This document shows positions 1 through 11,099 of a stretch of DNA of 64,000 nucleotides, in pieces; the first letter of the stretch is position 1, and each line of letters opens with the position of its first letter. Both the position numbers and the translations under genes were made by a program. The DNA is from Escherichia coli (GTDB lineage: Bacteria; Pseudomonadota; Gammaproteobacteria; Enterobacterales; Enterobacteriaceae). Location: NCBI RefSeq assembly GCF_003790525.1, contig NZ_CP033635.1. One strand, given 5' to 3'. The notes beneath the pieces are model-generated. The model was not told where the DNA came from, searched no databases, and saw nothing but the letters and a program-made list of their open reading frames with translations.

Positions 1-324
1 GAAGCTTATAGCAAGTTTATTGGGCATGAACAGCACGTTGCGCTGGATACATTACTGCCCGCGCCAGAGTTTGGTCGCATTACGCTGCATGGCCCGCTCG
101 ATCAGCCAACGCTGAAAAGGCTGGTGCATTTGGTGTATGATGTGCGCCGCGATGACGCGCCACTGCGTAAAGTCGCCGGGATACCGGGTGAGTTCGATAA
201 GCTGCGCAAAAACTATCTTGAGCGCCGTGAATGGTCATCTCTGTATGTAATTTGTGATGACGCCAGTGCGGCATCATTGCTGTGTAAACTGGGTTTTAAC
301 GCCGTCCATCATCCGGCACGTTAA
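1..324 (+). CDS. pdxB: erythronate-4-phosphate dehydrogenase, C-terminal fragment (5' end lies outside window)
   Basis: Open frame from position 1 to TAA at 322-324; C-terminal peptide ...[27 protein letters not shown] recognised as PdxB; sits immediately upstream of usg as in K-12. Confidence 0.8.
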   Translation, partial: EAYSKFIGHEQHVALDTLLPAPEFGRITLHGPLDQPTLKRLVHLVYDVRRDDAPLRKVAGIPGEFDKLRKNYLERREWSSLYVICDDASAASLLCKLGFNAVHHPAR

Positions 325-389
325 TCTCTTCTTCATGCTCTCTGCTGTAATATTGGCAGGGAGCTTTGCTATTTCTGGAGTAAACCACC

Positions 390-1403
390 ATGTCTGAAGG
401 CTGGAACATTGCCGTCCTGGGCGCAACTGGCGCTGTGGGCGAAGCCCTGCTTGAAACGCTGGCTGAACGTCAGTTCCCGGTTGGGGAAATTTATGCACTG
501 GCACGTAACGAAAGCGCAGGCGAACAACTGCGCTTTGGTGGTAAGACAATCACCGTGCAGGATGCCGCTGAATTCGACTGGACGCAGGCGCAGCTGGCGT
601 TTTTTGTTGCAGGCAAAGAAGCTACCGCTGCCTGGGTTGAAGAAGCGACCAACTCAGGTTGTCTGGTGATCGACAGCAGCGGATTGTTTGCTCTCGAACC
701 CGACGTACCGCTGGTGGTGCCGGAAGTAAACCCGTTTGTACTGACCGATTACCGCAACCGGAATGTCATCGCCGTACCAGACAGTCTGACCAGCCAGCTG
801 CTGGCGGCACTGAAACCGCTAATTGATCAGGGCGGTTTATCACGTATCAGCGTTACCAGCCTGATTTCAGCCTCCGCCCAGGGTAAAAAAGCGGTCGATG
901 CGTTAGCGGGGCAGAGTGCTAAATTACTCAATGGCATTCCGATTGACGAAGAAGATTTCTTCGGGCGTCAACTGGCATTCAATATGCTGCCGTTACTGCC
1001 GGATAGCGAAGGTAGCGTGCGTGAAGAACGTCGTATCGTTGACGAAGTACGCAAAATCCTGCAGGACGAAGGGCTGATGATTTCGGCAAGCGTCGTCCAG
1101 GCACCGGTATTCTATGGTCATGCCCAGATGGTCAACTTTGAAGCACTGCGTCCGCTGGCGGCAGAAGAAGCGCGTGATGCGTTTGCTCAGGGCGAAGATA
1201 TTGTGCTCTCTGAAGAGAACGAATTCCCGACTCAGGTGGGGGATGCTTCTGGTACGCCGCATCTTTCCGTTGGCTGCGTACGTAATGATTACGGTATGCC
1301 GGAGCAAGTTCAGTTCTGGTCGGTGGCCGATAACGTTCGCTTTGGCGGCGCGCTGATGGCAGTAAAAATCGCCGAGAAACTGGTGCAGGAGTATCTGTAC
1401 TAA
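390..1403 (+). CDS. usg: USG-1 protein (aspartate-semialdehyde dehydrogenase paralog)
   Basis: 337-aa ORF with N-terminal NAD-binding motif VLGATGAVG; recognised as E. coli Usg; stop overlaps truA start (TAATG). Confidence 0.9.
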   Translation: MSEGWNIAVLGATGAVGEALLETLAERQFPVGEIYALARNESAGEQLRFGGKTITVQDAAEFDWTQAQLAFFVAGKEATAAWVEEATNSGCLVIDSSGLFALEPDVPLVVPEVNPFVLTDYRNRNVIAVPDSLTSQLLAALKPLIDQGGLSRISVTSLISASAQGKKAVDALAGQSAKLLNGIPIDEEDFFGRQLAFNMLPLLPDSEGSVREERRIVDEVRKILQDEGLMISASVVQAPVFYGHAQMVNFEALRPLAAEEARDAFAQGEDIVLSEENEFPTQVGDASGTPHLSVGCVRNDYGMPEQVQFWSVADNVRFGGALMAVKIAEKLVQEYLY

Positions 1404-2215
1404 TGTCCGACCAGCAACAACCGCCAGTTTATAAAATTGCGCTGGGCATTGAGTACGACGGCAGTAAGTATTACGGCTGGCAACGGCAGAACGAAGTCCG
1501 CAGTGTGCAGGAGAAGCTGGAAAAGGCGCTCTCCCAGGTGGCGAACGAACCCATCACCGTCTTCTGCGCCGGGCGTACTGACGCAGGTGTACACGGCACC
1601 GGGCAGGTTGTGCATTTCGAAACGACCGCGCAGCGCAAAGACGCTGCGTGGACGTTGGGCGTAAATGCGAATTTACCTGGTGACATCGCCGTGCGTTGGG
1701 TTAAAGCTGTACCTGATGATTTTCATGCCCGATTTAGCGCCACGGCTCGCCGTTATCGCTACATCATCTACAATCATCGGCTGCGCCCGGCGGTATTGAG
1801 TAAAGGAGTAACCCATTTTTACGAACCGCTGGACGCTGAACGGATGCATCGGGCTGCGCAATGTTTGCTGGGCGAGAATGATTTCACCTCGTTCCGTGCG
1901 GTGCAGTGTCAGTCCCGGACCCCGTGGCGCAACGTTATGCATATTAATGTCACGCGTCACGGTCCTTATGTGGTGGTAGATATCAAAGCGAATGCCTTTG
2001 TACATCATATGGTCAGGAATATTGTCGGCAGCCTGATGGAAGTCGGTGCCCACAACCAGCCGGAGAGCTGGATAGCAGAGTTGCTGGCGGCAAAGGACAG
2101 AACGCTGGCGGCAGCAACGGCAAAAGCGGAAGGGCTATATCTGGTCGCGGTGGATTACCCTGACCGATATGATCTTCCAAAACCGCCAATGGGCCCGCTA
2201 TTTCTGGCGGACTAA
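1403..2215 (+). CDS. truA: tRNA pseudouridine(38-40) synthase
   Basis: 270-aa ORF recognised as TruA; conserved usg-truA-dedA order. Confidence 0.9.
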   Translation: MSDQQQPPVYKIALGIEYDGSKYYGWQRQNEVRSVQEKLEKALSQVANEPITVFCAGRTDAGVHGTGQVVHFETTAQRKDAAWTLGVNANLPGDIAVRWVKAVPDDFHARFSATARRYRYIIYNHRLRPAVLSKGVTHFYEPLDAERMHRAAQCLLGENDFTSFRAVQCQSRTPWRNVMHINVTRHGPYVVVDIKANAFVHHMVRNIVGSLMEVGAHNQPESWIAELLAAKDRTLAAATAKAEGLYLVAVDYPDRYDLPKPPMGPLFLAD

Positions 2216-2297
2216 CGAGAATAACGCTCGGAACATTTCAGGCTGTAGCCAACGTAGTTACAGCCTGAAAGATGACGAGTACAAGGCATAGGCAAAT

Positions 2298-2957
2298 ATG
2301 GACCTGATTTATTTCCTCATCGATTTTATCCTGCACATTGACGTGCATCTGGCAGAACTGGTCGCGGAGTATGGCGTCTGGGTTTATGCCATTTTGTTCT
2401 TAATTTTGTTCTGTGAAACCGGTCTGGTGGTAACGCCGTTTTTACCGGGTGATTCATTGCTGTTTGTTGCCGGTGCGTTGGCATCACTGGAAACCAACGA
2501 TCTCAACGTCCATATGATGGTGGTGCTGATGCTGATCGCCGCGATTGTGGGTGACGCGGTGAACTACACCATTGGACGGTTATTTGGTGACAAACTGTTC
2601 AGTAATCCGGATTCGAAAATCTTTCGTCGCAGTTATCTTGATAAGACTCATCAGTTTTATGAGAAACATGGCGGCAAAACGATTATTCTCGCCCGTTTTG
2701 TGCCGATCGTCAGAACGTTCGCGCCGTTCGTTGCGGGAATGGGCCACATGTCGTATCGTCATTTCGCCGCTTTTAACGTCATCGGCGCGTTGCTATGGGT
2801 ACTGATTTTTACCTACGCGGGTTATTTCTTCGGAACGCTCCCCTTCATTCAGAGCAACCTTAAACTGATGATTGTTGGCATTATTTTTGTTTCAATATTG
2901 CCAGGTGTTTTCGAATTTATTCGCCACAAACGCGCTGCGGCACGCGCCGCAAAATAA
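2298..2957 (+). CDS. dedA: DedA family inner membrane protein
   Basis: 219-aa hydrophobic ORF recognised as DedA. Confidence 0.9.
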   Translation: MDLIYFLIDFILHIDVHLAELVAEYGVWVYAILFLILFCETGLVVTPFLPGDSLLFVAGALASLETNDLNVHMMVVLMLIAAIVGDAVNYTIGRLFGDKLFSNPDSKIFRRSYLDKTHQFYEKHGGKTIILARFVPIVRTFAPFVAGMGHMSYRHFAAFNVIGALLWVLIFTYAGYFFGTLPFIQSNLKLMIVGIIFVSILPGVFEFIRHKRAAARAAK

Positions 2958-3112
2958 AAAGTAACTCCGCGGTTCGACCACTTTTTTATCCAAAGTTTCG
3001 GGCTGTTATGTTTTAATGTGCAACATTCATGGTCTGTTGGGGGCAAAAATGGCATTATGCGTCCCCAAAGATAAAACTGGCATCGAACCAGGTTCAGACA
3101 GAAAGGTCCCTA

Positions 3113-4027
3113 ATGAGCTGGATTGAACGAATTAAAAGCAACATTACTCCCACCCGCAAGGCGAGCATTCCTGAAGGGGTGTGGACTAAGTGTGATAGCT
3201 GCGGTCAGGTTTTATACCGCGCTGAGCTGGAACGTAATCTTGAGGTCTGTCCGAAGTGTGACCATCACATGCGTATGACAGCGCGTAATCGCCTGCATAG
3301 CCTGTTAGATGAAGGAAGCCTTGTGGAGCTGGGTAGCGAGCTTGAGCCGAAAGATGTGCTGAAGTTTCGTGACTCCAAGAAGTATAAAGACCGTCTGGCA
3401 TCTGCGCAGAAAGAAACCGGCGAAAAAGATGCGCTGGTGGTGATGAAAGGCACCCTGTATGGAATGCCGGTTGTCGCTGCGGCATTCGAGTTCGCCTTTA
3501 TGGGCGGTTCCATGGGGTCTGTGGTAGGTGCACGTTTCGTGCGTGCCGTTGAGCAGGCGCTGGAAGATAACTGCCCACTGATCTGCTTCTCCGCCTCTGG
3601 TGGCGCACGTATGCAGGAAGCACTGATGTCGCTGATGCAGATGGCGAAAACCTCTGCGGCGCTGGCAAAAATGCAGGAGCGCGGCTTGCCGTACATCTCC
3701 GTGCTGACCGACCCGACCATGGGTGGTGTTTCTGCAAGTTTCGCTATGCTGGGCGATCTCAACATCGCTGAACCGAAAGCGTTAATCGGCTTTGCCGGTC
3801 CGCGTGTTATCGAACAGACCGTTCGCGAAAAACTGCCGCCAGGATTCCAGCGCAGTGAATTCCTGATCGAGAAAGGCGCGATCGACATGATCGTCCGTCG
3901 TCCGGAAATGCGCCTGAAACTGGCGAGTATTCTGGCGAAGTTGATGAATCTGCCAGCGCCGAATCCTGAAGCGCCGCGTGAAGGCGTAGTGGTGCCACCG
4001 GTACCAGATCAGGAACCTGAGGCCTGA
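3113..4027 (+). CDS. accD: acetyl-CoA carboxylase carboxyltransferase beta subunit
   Basis: 304-aa protein beginning MSWIERIK with CxxC...CxxC zinc finger (CDSCGQ / CPKC); ORF track's longer 3029 start rejected in favour of the ATG at 3113. Confidence 0.9.
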
Positions 4028-4037
4028 TAACTGATAA

Positions 4038-4065
4038 GGGCAGGGCCACTGGCTCTGCCCTTTTG
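4038..4065 (+). terminator. intrinsic terminator after accD
   Basis: GGGCAGGGCC-act-GGCTCTGCCC hairpin followed by TTTTG. Confidence 0.6.
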
Positions 4066-4096
4066 CTATTCTCACCGTAACGAATCAGCGGATACC

Positions 4097-5365
4097 ATGA
4101 TTATCAAACGCACTCCTCAAGCCGCGTCGCCTCTGGCTTCGTGGCTTTCTTATCTGGAAAACCTGCACAGTAAAACTATCGATCTCGGCCTTGAGCGCGT
4201 GAGCCAGGTCGCGGCGCGTCTTGGCGTTCTGAAACCAGCGCCATTTGTGTTTACCGTTGCGGGTACGAATGGCAAAGGCACCACTTGCCGTACGCTGGAG
4301 TCGATTCTGATGGCGGCAGGGTACAAAGTGGGCGTCTACAGTTCGCCGCATCTGGTGCGTTATACCGAGCGCGTACGCGTGCAGGGCCAGGAATTGCCGG
4401 AATCGGCCCACACCGCCTCTTTTGCGGAGATTGAATCGGCACGCGGTGATATTTCCTTGACCTATTTCGAGTACGGTACGCTGTCGGCGTTGTGGCTGTT
4501 CAAACAGGCACAACTTGACGTGGTGATTCTGGAAGTAGGGCTGGGCGGTCGTCTGGACGCAACCAATATTGTCGATGCCGATGTCGCGGTAGTAACCAGC
4601 ATTGCGCTGGATCATACCGACTGGCTGGGGCCAGATCGCGAAAGTATTGGTCGCGAGAAAGCAGGCATCTTCCGCAGCGAAAAACCGGCAATTGTCGGTG
4701 AGCCGGAAATGCCTTCTACCATTGCTGATGTGGCGCAGGAAAAAGGTGCAATGCTACAACGTCGGGGCGTTGAGTGGAACTATTCCGTCACCGATCATGA
4801 CTGGACGTTTAGCGATGCTCACGGCACGCTGGAAAATCTGCCGTTGCCGCTTGTCCCGCAACCGAATGCCGCAACGGCGCTGGCGGCACTGCGTGCCAGC
4901 GGGCTGGAGGTCAGTGAAAATGCCATTCGCGACGGGATTGCCAGCGCAATTTTGCCAGGACGTTTCCAGATTGTGAGCGAGTCGCCACGCGTTATTTTTG
5001 ATGTCGCGCATAATCCACATGCGGCGGAATATCTCACCGGGCGTATGAAAGCGCTACCGAAAAACGGGCGCGTGCTGGCGGTTATCGGTATGCTACATGA
5101 TAAAGATATTGCCGGAACTCTGGCCTGGTTGAAAAGCGTGGTTGATGACTGGTATTGTGCGCCCCTGGAAGGGCCGCGCGGTGCCACGGCAGAACAACTG
5201 CTTGAGCATTTGGGTAACGGCAAATCATTTGATAGCGTGGCGCAGGCATGGGATGCCGCAATGGCGGACGCTAAAGCGGAAGATACCGTGCTGGTGTGTG
5301 GTTCGTTCCACACGGTCGCACATGTCATGGAAGTGATTGACGCGAGGAGAAGCGGTGGCAAGTAA
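4097..5365 (+). CDS. folC: dihydrofolate synthase / folylpolyglutamate synthase
   Basis: 422-aa ORF with Mur-ligase-type P-loop GTNGKGTT; recognised as FolC. Confidence 0.9.
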   Translation: MIIKRTPQAASPLASWLSYLENLHSKTIDLGLERVSQVAARLGVLKPAPFVFTVAGTNGKGTTCRTLESILMAAGYKVGVYSSPHLVRYTERVRVQGQELPESAHTASFAEIESARGDISLTYFEYGTLSALWLFKQAQLDVVILEVGLGGRLDATNIVDADVAVVTSIALDHTDWLGPDRESIGREKAGIFRSEKPAIVGEPEMPSTIADVAQEKGAMLQRRGVEWNYSVTDHDWTFSDAHGTLENLPLPLVPQPNAATALAALRASGLEVSENAIRDGIASAILPGRFQIVSESPRVIFDVAHNPHAAEYLTGRMKALPKNGRVLAVIGMLHDKDIAGTLAWLKSVVDDWYCAPLEGPRGATAEQLLEHLGNGKSFDSVAQAWDAAMADAKAEDTVLVCGSFHTVAHVMEVIDARRSGGK

Positions 5366-6017
5366 GTTTCAGAATCGGTTAGTGGGCACGATCGTGCTGG
5401 TGGCGCTGGGGGTGATTGTACTTCCAGGGCTGCTGGACGGGCAGAAAAAACATTATCAGGATGAGTTCGCGGCTATCCCGCTGGTGCCGAAAGCGGGCGA
5501 TCGCGATGAGCCTGATATGATGCCAGCAGCCACTCAGGCGTTGCCGACGCAGCCGCCGGAAGGCGCAGCGGAAGAGGTGCGGGCAGGTGATGCCGCAGCA
5601 CCGTCGCTCGATCCGGCCACTATTGCAGCCAATAACACCGAGTTTGAACCGGAACCTGCACCGGTCGTCCCACCGAAGCCGAAACCGGTAGAGCCGCCTA
5701 AGCCAAAGGTTGAAGCACCACCTGCGCCGAAGCCAGAACCGAAGCCGGTCGTGGAAGAAAAAGCAGCGCCAACGGGTAAAGCTTATGTTGTGCAACTGGG
5801 CGCGCTGAAAAATGCCGATAAAGTGAATGAGATTGTCGGTAAGCTGCGCGGTGCCGGTTATCGGGTTTATACGTCGCCATCCACGCCAGTGCAGGGTAAA
5901 ATTACCCGTATTCTGGTTGGGCCGGATGCCTCGAAAGATAAGCTGAAAGGTTCGCTGGGTGAGTTGAAGCAACTTTCTGGCTTAAGCGGCGTGGTAATGG
6001 GTTATACACCGAATTAA
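5355..6017 (+). CDS. dedD: cell division protein DedD (SPOR domain, Pro/Lys-rich linker)
   Basis: 220-aa product from GTG at 5355 preceded by AGGAG; N-terminal TM segment, PKPEP repeats, C-terminal SPOR-like domain; overlaps folC 3' end by 11 nt. Confidence 0.85.
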   Translation: MASKFQNRLVGTIVLVALGVIVLPGLLDGQKKHYQDEFAAIPLVPKAGDRDEPDMMPAATQALPTQPPEGAAEEVRAGDAAAPSLDPATIAANNTEFEPEPAPVVPPKPKPVEPPKPKVEAPPAPKPEPKPVVEEKAAPTGKAYVVQLGALKNADKVNEIVGKLRGAGYRVYTSPSTPVQGKITRILVGPDASKDKLKGSLGELKQLSGLSGVVMGYTPN

Positions 6018-6026
6018 TATGGTCTT

Positions 6027-6112
6027 GCCTGATGCGATACTAACGCGTCTTATCTGGTACAGATAAGGCGTTCACGCCGCATCCGACACGCATTGCCCGA
6101 TGCCGCAAAGGC
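6027..6112. repeat. BIME (two or three REP units in alternating orientation) between dedD and cvpA
   Basis: GCCTGATGCGATACTAACGCGTCTTATCTGG and the inverted unit CAGATAAGGCGTTCACGCCGCATCCGACAC match E. coli REP consensus. Confidence 0.75.
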
Positions 6113-6180
6113 ATAAAAAGTCGATGGCGTTGAATATTTTTTCAGCGCCATTTTTATTGATGCGCGGGAAGGAAATCCCT

Positions 6181-6196
6181 ACGCAAACGTTTTCTT
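6181..6196 (+). promoter_or_regulatory. PurR operator (ACGCAAACGTTTTCTT) with a TAGAAT -10 hexamer at 6204-6209, upstream of cvpA-purF
   Basis: Exact match to the PurR box consensus aCGCAAACGTTTnCnT, 57 bp upstream of the cvpA start. Confidence 0.65.
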
Positions 6197-6252
6197 TTTC
6201 TGTTAGAATGCGCCCCGAACAGGATGACAGGGCGTAAAATCGTGGGACACAT

Positions 6253-6741
6253 ATGGTCTGGATTGATTACGCCATAATCGCGGTGATTGCTTTTTCCTCT
6301 CTGGTTAGCCTGATCCGCGGCTTTGTTCGTGAAGCGTTATCGCTGGTGACATGGGGTTGTGCTTTCTTTGTTGCCAGTCATTACTACACTTACCTGTCAG
6401 TCTGGTTTACGGGCTTTGAAGACGAACTGGTTCGAAATGGGATTGCCATCGCGGTACTGTTTATCGCTACCCTGATTGTTGGTGCTATCGTGAACTTCGT
6501 GATAGGCCAGTTGGTGGAGAAAACGGGGTTGTCAGGCACCGATCGGGTGCTGGGCGTCTGTTTCGGTGCGTTGCGCGGTGTGTTGATTGTTGCTGCCATT
6601 CTCTTCTTTCTCGACTCCTTTACCGGGGTGTCGAAAAGCGAAGACTGGAGCAAATCACAGCTGATCCCGCAGTTCAGTTTTATCATCAGATGGTTTTTTG
6701 ATTATCTGCAAAGCTCGTCAAGTTTCTTGCCCAGAGCGTAA
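6253..6741 (+). CDS. cvpA: colicin V production membrane protein
   Basis: 162-aa hydrophobic ORF upstream of purF; recognised as CvpA. Confidence 0.9.
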   Translation: MVWIDYAIIAVIAFSSLVSLIRGFVREALSLVTWGCAFFVASHYYTYLSVWFTGFEDELVRNGIAIAVLFIATLIVGAIVNFVIGQLVEKTGLSGTDRVLGVCFGALRGVLIVAAILFFLDSFTGVSKSEDWSKSQLIPQFSFIIRWFFDYLQSSSSFLPRA

Positions 6742-6777
6742 GTGCTCTGAGATGTGGCTTAACGAGGAAAAAGACGT

Positions 6778-8295
6778 ATGTGCGGTATTGTCGGTATCGC
6801 CGGTGTTATGCCGGTTAACCAGTCGATTTATGATGCCTTAACGGTGCTTCAGCATCGCGGTCAGGATGCCGCCGGCATCATCACCATAGATGCCAATAAC
6901 TGCTTCCGTTTGCGTAAAGCGAACGGGCTGGTGAGCGATGTATTTGAAGCTCGCCATATGCAGCGTTTGCAGGGCAATATGGGCATTGGTCATGTGCGTT
7001 ACCCTACGGCTGGCAGCTCCAGCGCCTCTGAAGCGCAGCCGTTTTACGTTAACTCCCCGTATGGCATTACGCTTGCCCACAACGGCAATCTGACCAACGC
7101 TCACGAGTTGCGTAAAAAACTGTTTGAAGAAAAACGCCGCCACATCAACACCACTTCCGACTCGGAAATTCTGCTTAATATCTTTGCCAGCGAACTGGAC
7201 AACTTCCGCCACTACCCGCTGGAAGCCGACAATATTTTCGCTGCCATCGCTGCTACAAACCGCTTAATCCGCGGCGCGTATGCCTGTGTGGCGATGATCA
7301 TCGGCCACGGTATGGTTGCTTTCCGCGATCCTAACGGGATTCGTCCGCTGGTACTGGGAAAACGTGATATTGACGAGAACCGTACAGAATATATGGTCGC
7401 TTCCGAAAGCGTAGCGCTCGATACGCTGGGCTTTGATTTCCTGCGTGACGTCGCGCCGGGCGAAGCGATTTACATCACTGAAGAAGGGCAGTTGTTTACC
7501 CGTCAATGTGCTGACAATCCGGTCAGCAATCCGTGCCTGTTTGAGTATGTATACTTTGCTCGCCCGGACTCGTTCATCGACAAAATTTCCGTTTACAGCG
7601 CGCGTGTGAATATGGGTACGAAACTGGGCGAGAAAATTGCCCGCGAATGGGAAGATCTGGAAATCGACGTGGTGATCCCGATCCCGGAAACCTCGTGTGA
7701 TATCGCGCTGGAAATTGCGCGTATTCTAGGCAAGCCGTACCGCCAGGGCTTCGTTAAAAACCGCTATGTTGGCCGCACCTTTATCATGCCGGGCCAGCAG
7801 CTGCGTCGTAAGTCCGTGCGCCGTAAACTGAACGCCAACCGCGCCGAGTTCCGCGATAAAAACGTCCTGCTGGTCGACGACTCCATCGTCCGTGGCACCA
7901 CTTCTGAGCAGATTATCGAGATGGCACGCGAAGCCGGAGCGAAGAAAGTGTACCTCGCTTCTGCGGCACCGGAAATTCGCTTCCCGAACGTTTACGGTAT
8001 CGATATGCCGAGCGCCACGGAACTGATCGCTCACGGTCGCGAAGTAGATGAAATTCGCCAGATCATCGGTGCTGACGGGTTGATTTTCCAGGATCTGAAC
8101 GATCTGATCGAAGCCGTTCGCGCTGAAAACCCGGATATCCAGCAGTTTGAATGCTCGGTATTCAACGGCGTCTACGTCACCAAAGATGTTGATCAGGGCT
8201 ACCTCGATTTCCTCGATACGTTACGTAATGACGACGCCAAAGCAGTGCAACGTCAGAACGAAGTGGAAAATCTCGAAATGCATAACGAAGGATGA
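6778..8295 (+). CDS. purF: amidophosphoribosyltransferase
   Basis: 505-aa ORF starting MCGIVGI (N-terminal nucleophile Cys); recognised as PurF. Confidence 0.95.
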   Translation: MCGIVGIAGVMPVNQSIYDALTVLQHRGQDAAGIITIDANNCFRLRKANGLVSDVFEARHMQRLQGNMGIGHVRYPTAGSSSASEAQPFYVNSPYGITLAHNGNLTNAHELRKKLFEEKRRHINTTSDSEILLNIFASELDNFRHYPLEADNIFAAIAATNRLIRGAYACVAMIIGHGMVAFRDPNGIRPLVLGKRDIDENRTEYMVASESVALDTLGFDFLRDVAPGEAIYITEEGQLFTRQCADNPVSNPCLFEYVYFARPDSFIDKISVYSARVNMGTKLGEKIAREWEDLEIDVVIPIPETSCDIALEIARILGKPYRQGFVKNRYVGRTFIMPGQQLRRKSVRRKLNANRAEFRDKNVLLVDDSIVRGTTSEQIIEMAREAGAKKVYLASAAPEIRFPNVYGIDMPSATELIAHGREVDEIRQIIGADGLIFQDLNDLIEAVRAENPDIQQFECSVFNGVYVTKDVDQGYLDFLDTLRNDDAKAVQRQNEVENLEMHNEG

Positions 8296-8389
8296 TGCCT
8301 TCGCTCAGGGTGCCGTTCTGGCACCCTGACTTGCAACTCCCGCCGAAATCCTGCAAAGTCTGCCTGCAAGTCTGACAGGGCAACTATTT

Positions 8390-8959
8390 ATGAAACGACT
8401 CATTGTAGGCATCAGCGGTGCCAGCGGCGCGATTTATGGCGTGCGTTTATTACAGGTTCTGCGCGATGTCACAGATATCGAAACGCATCTGGTAATGAGC
8501 CAGGCAGCGCGCCAGACCTTATCCCTCGAAACGGATTTTTCCCTGCGCGAAGTGCAGGCATTAGCCGATGTGACGCACGATGCGCGCGATATTGCTGCCA
8601 GCATTTCTTCCGGTTCTTTCCAGACGTTGGGGATGGTGATTTTACCCTGTTCAATCAAAACCCTGTCCGGCATTGTCCATAGCTATACTGATGGCTTACT
8701 GACCCGTGCGGCAGATGTGGTGCTGAAAGAGCGTCGCCCGTTGGTGCTCTGCGTGCGTGAAACGCCACTGCACTTAGGCCATCTGCGTTTAATGACTCAG
8801 GCGGCAGAAATCGGTGCGGTGATTATGCCTCCCGTTCCGGCGTTTTATCATCGCCCACAATCCCTTGATGATGTGATAAATCAGACGGTTAATCGTGTTC
8901 TTGACCAGTTTGCAATAACCCTTCCTGAAGATCTCTTTGCCCGCTGGCAGGGCGCATAA
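8390..8959 (+). CDS. ubiX: flavin prenyltransferase UbiX
   Basis: 189-aa ORF recognised as UbiX; follows purF. Confidence 0.9.
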   Translation: MKRLIVGISGASGAIYGVRLLQVLRDVTDIETHLVMSQAARQTLSLETDFSLREVQALADVTHDARDIAASISSGSFQTLGMVILPCSIKTLSGIVHSYTDGLLTRAADVVLKERRPLVLCVRETPLHLGHLRLMTQAAEIGAVIMPPVPAFYHRPQSLDDVINQTVNRVLDQFAITLPEDLFARWQGA

Positions 8960-8967
8960 CTCCGCTG

Positions 8968-8990
8968 TTGCCCTGTTTCAGGGCAATTTT
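8968..8990 (+). terminator. intrinsic terminator after ubiX
   Basis: TTGCCCTG-ttt-CAGGGCAA hairpin followed by TTTT. Confidence 0.5.
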
Positions 8991-9140
8991 GCAACCGCGA
9001 TCAAATCCTCGACATTTTGTTTCTGCCATTCAATCGAAACGCTGCGATTCAACCGCTATACCTGCTATCTTCAACTTCATGACAATAATGCAACGTCTTA
9101 TTAACATATTTAACGTTGAATGTTACTGCTGTCGTCAAGA

Positions 9141-9157
9141 TGGCATAAGACCTGCAT
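9141..9157 (+). promoter_or_regulatory. candidate sigma54 (-24/-12) promoter for argT
   Basis: TGGCATAAGACCTGCAT has GG and GC at the correct 10-bp spacing of the TGGCAC-N5-TTGCA consensus, about 70 bp upstream of the argT ATG. Confidence 0.55.
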
Positions 9158-9224
9158 GAAAGAGCCTGCAAACACACAACACAATACACAACATAAAAAA
9201 GCCATTTTCACTTGAGGGTTATGT

Positions 9225-10007
9225 ATGAAGAAGTCGATTCTCGCTCTGTCTTTGTTAGTCGGTCTCTCCGCAGCGGCTTCCAGCTATGCGGCGCTACCGG
9301 AGACGGTACGTATCGGAACCGATACCACCTATGCGCCGTTCTCGTCGAAAGATGCTAAAGGTGATTTTGTTGGCTTTGATATCGATCTCGGTAACGAGAT
9401 GTGCAAACGGATGCAGGTGAAATGTACCTGGGTTGCCAGCGACTTTGACGCGCTGATCCCCTCACTGAAAGCGAAAAAAATCGACGCCATTATTTCGTCG
9501 CTCTCCATTACCGATAAACGTCAGCAGGAGATTGCTTTCTCCGACAAGCTGTACGCCGCAGACTCTCGTCTGATTGCTGCCAAAGGTTCACCGATTCAGC
9601 CAACGCTGGATTCACTGAAAGGTAAACATGTTGGTGTGCTGCAGGGATCAACCCAGGAAGCGTATGCCAATGATAACTGGCGCAGTAAGGGGGTCGATGT
9701 GGTGGCCTATGCTAACCAGGATTTGGTCTATTCCGATCTGGCTGCAGGACGCCTGGATGCTGCGTTACAAGATGAGGTTGCTGCCAGCGAAGGTTTCCTT
9801 AAGCAACCCGCCGGTAAAGATTTCGCCTTTGCAGGCCCATCAGTGAAAGACAAAAAATACTTCGGTGACGGCACCGGTGTAGGGCTGCGTAAAGATGATG
9901 CTGAACTGACGGCGGCCTTCAATAAGGCGCTTAACGAGCTGCGTCAGGACGGCACCTACGACAAGATGGCGAAAAAGTATTTCGACTTTAATGTCTACGG
10001 TGACTGA
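9225..10007 (+). CDS. argT: lysine/arginine/ornithine-binding periplasmic protein
   Basis: 260-aa ORF with signal peptide; paralog of the adjacent hisJ. Confidence 0.9.
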   Translation: MKKSILALSLLVGLSAAASSYAALPETVRIGTDTTYAPFSSKDAKGDFVGFDIDLGNEMCKRMQVKCTWVASDFDALIPSLKAKKIDAIISSLSITDKRQQEIAFSDKLYAADSRLIAAKGSPIQPTLDSLKGKHVGVLQGSTQEAYANDNWRSKGVDVVAYANQDLVYSDLAAGRLDAALQDEVAASEGFLKQPAGKDFAFAGPSVKDKKYFGDGTGVGLRKDDAELTAAFNKALNELRQDGTYDKMAKKYFDFNVYGD

Positions 10008-10065
10008 TACGTCGCAGGGAAGCTGTACCTGATGGAATGATCATCATGGTGCACGCCAGGTTTGT

Positions 10066-10082
10066 TGCACTATCGTGGTGCA
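10066..10082 (+). promoter_or_regulatory. NtrC-like palindrome (TGCACTATCGTGGTGCA) in the argT-hisJ intergenic region
   Basis: Matches the 17-bp TGCACC-N5-GGTGCA architecture; a second GGTGCAC half-site lies at about 10048-10054. Confidence 0.4.
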
Positions 10083-10227
10083 TTGAAATGCATACTTAAG
10101 CATTTTTAATGAAAAATAATACGTCTAACGGGGCGGGATATTTTGCCTTGATGGTCAATTTTATGGCACGATAAGTGTAACAAACCTGTAAATATTCCCT
10201 ATAAAAAGACAGTCAGTTGAGGACATT

Positions 10228-11010
10228 ATGAAAAAACTGGTGCTATCGCTCTCTCTGGTTCTGGCCTTCTCCAGCGCAACTGCGGCGTTTGCTGCGATTC
10301 CGCAAAACATCCGCATCGGTACCGATCCGACCTATGCGCCATTTGAATCAAAAAATTCACAAGGTGAACTGGTTGGCTTCGATATCGATCTGGCGAAGGA
10401 GTTGTGCAAACGCATCAATACGCAATGTACGTTTGTCGAAAACCCACTGGATGCGTTAATCCCGTCCTTAAAAGCGAAGAAGATTGACGCCATCATGTCA
10501 TCGCTTTCCATTACGGAAAAACGTCAGCAAGAAATAGCCTTCACCGACAAACTGTACGCTGCCGATTCTCGTCTGGTGGTGGCGAAAAATTCCGACATTC
10601 AGCCGACAGTCGAATCGCTGAAAGGCAAACGGGTAGGCGTATTGCAGGGCACCACCCAGGAGACGTTCGGTAACGAACACTGGGCACCAAAAGGCATTGA
10701 AATCGTCTCGTATCAGGGGCAGGACAACATTTATTCTGACCTGACTGCCGGACGTATTGATGCCGCGTTCCAGGATGAGGTCGCTGCCAGCGAAGGTTTC
10801 CTCAAGCAGCCAGTCGGCAAAGATTACAAATTCGGTGGCCCGTCTGTTAAAGATGAAAAACTGTTTGGCGTAGGGACAGGCATGGGCCTGCGTAAAGAAG
10901 ATAACGAACTGCGCGAGGCACTGAACAAAGCCTTTGCCGAAATGCGCGCTGACGGTACTTACGAGAAATTAGCGAAAAAGTACTTCGATTTTGATGTTTA
11001 TGGTGGTTAA
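10228..11010 (+). CDS. hisJ: histidine-binding periplasmic protein
   Basis: 260-aa ORF with signal peptide; highly similar to argT; followed by hisQMP. Confidence 0.9.
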   Translation: MKKLVLSLSLVLAFSSATAAFAAIPQNIRIGTDPTYAPFESKNSQGELVGFDIDLAKELCKRINTQCTFVENPLDALIPSLKAKKIDAIMSSLSITEKRQQEIAFTDKLYAADSRLVVAKNSDIQPTVESLKGKRVGVLQGTTQETFGNEHWAPKGIEIVSYQGQDNIYSDLTAGRIDAAFQDEVAASEGFLKQPVGKDYKFGGPSVKDEKLFGVGTGMGLRKEDNELREALNKAFAEMRADGTYEKLAKKYFDFDVYGG

Positions 11011-11099
11011 TCGCCATCGGTGAAAGAAAGTCCGCTCCCTTCGGGTAACCGGAGGGAGACAAGAGGCGGTAATTCACCACACACGACAGGACAGGCAGC

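Noticed and set aside
3029-3112. Upstream extension of accD to 332 aa
   Set aside because: The recognised AccD begins MSWIERIK at 3113; the extension has no support and runs into the dedA terminator region.
10180-10200. Second sigma54-like motif upstream of hisJ (TGGCACGATAAGTGTAA)
   Set aside because: The -12 element GC dinucleotide is out of register (GT at the critical position), so this is probably not a functional RpoN promoter.
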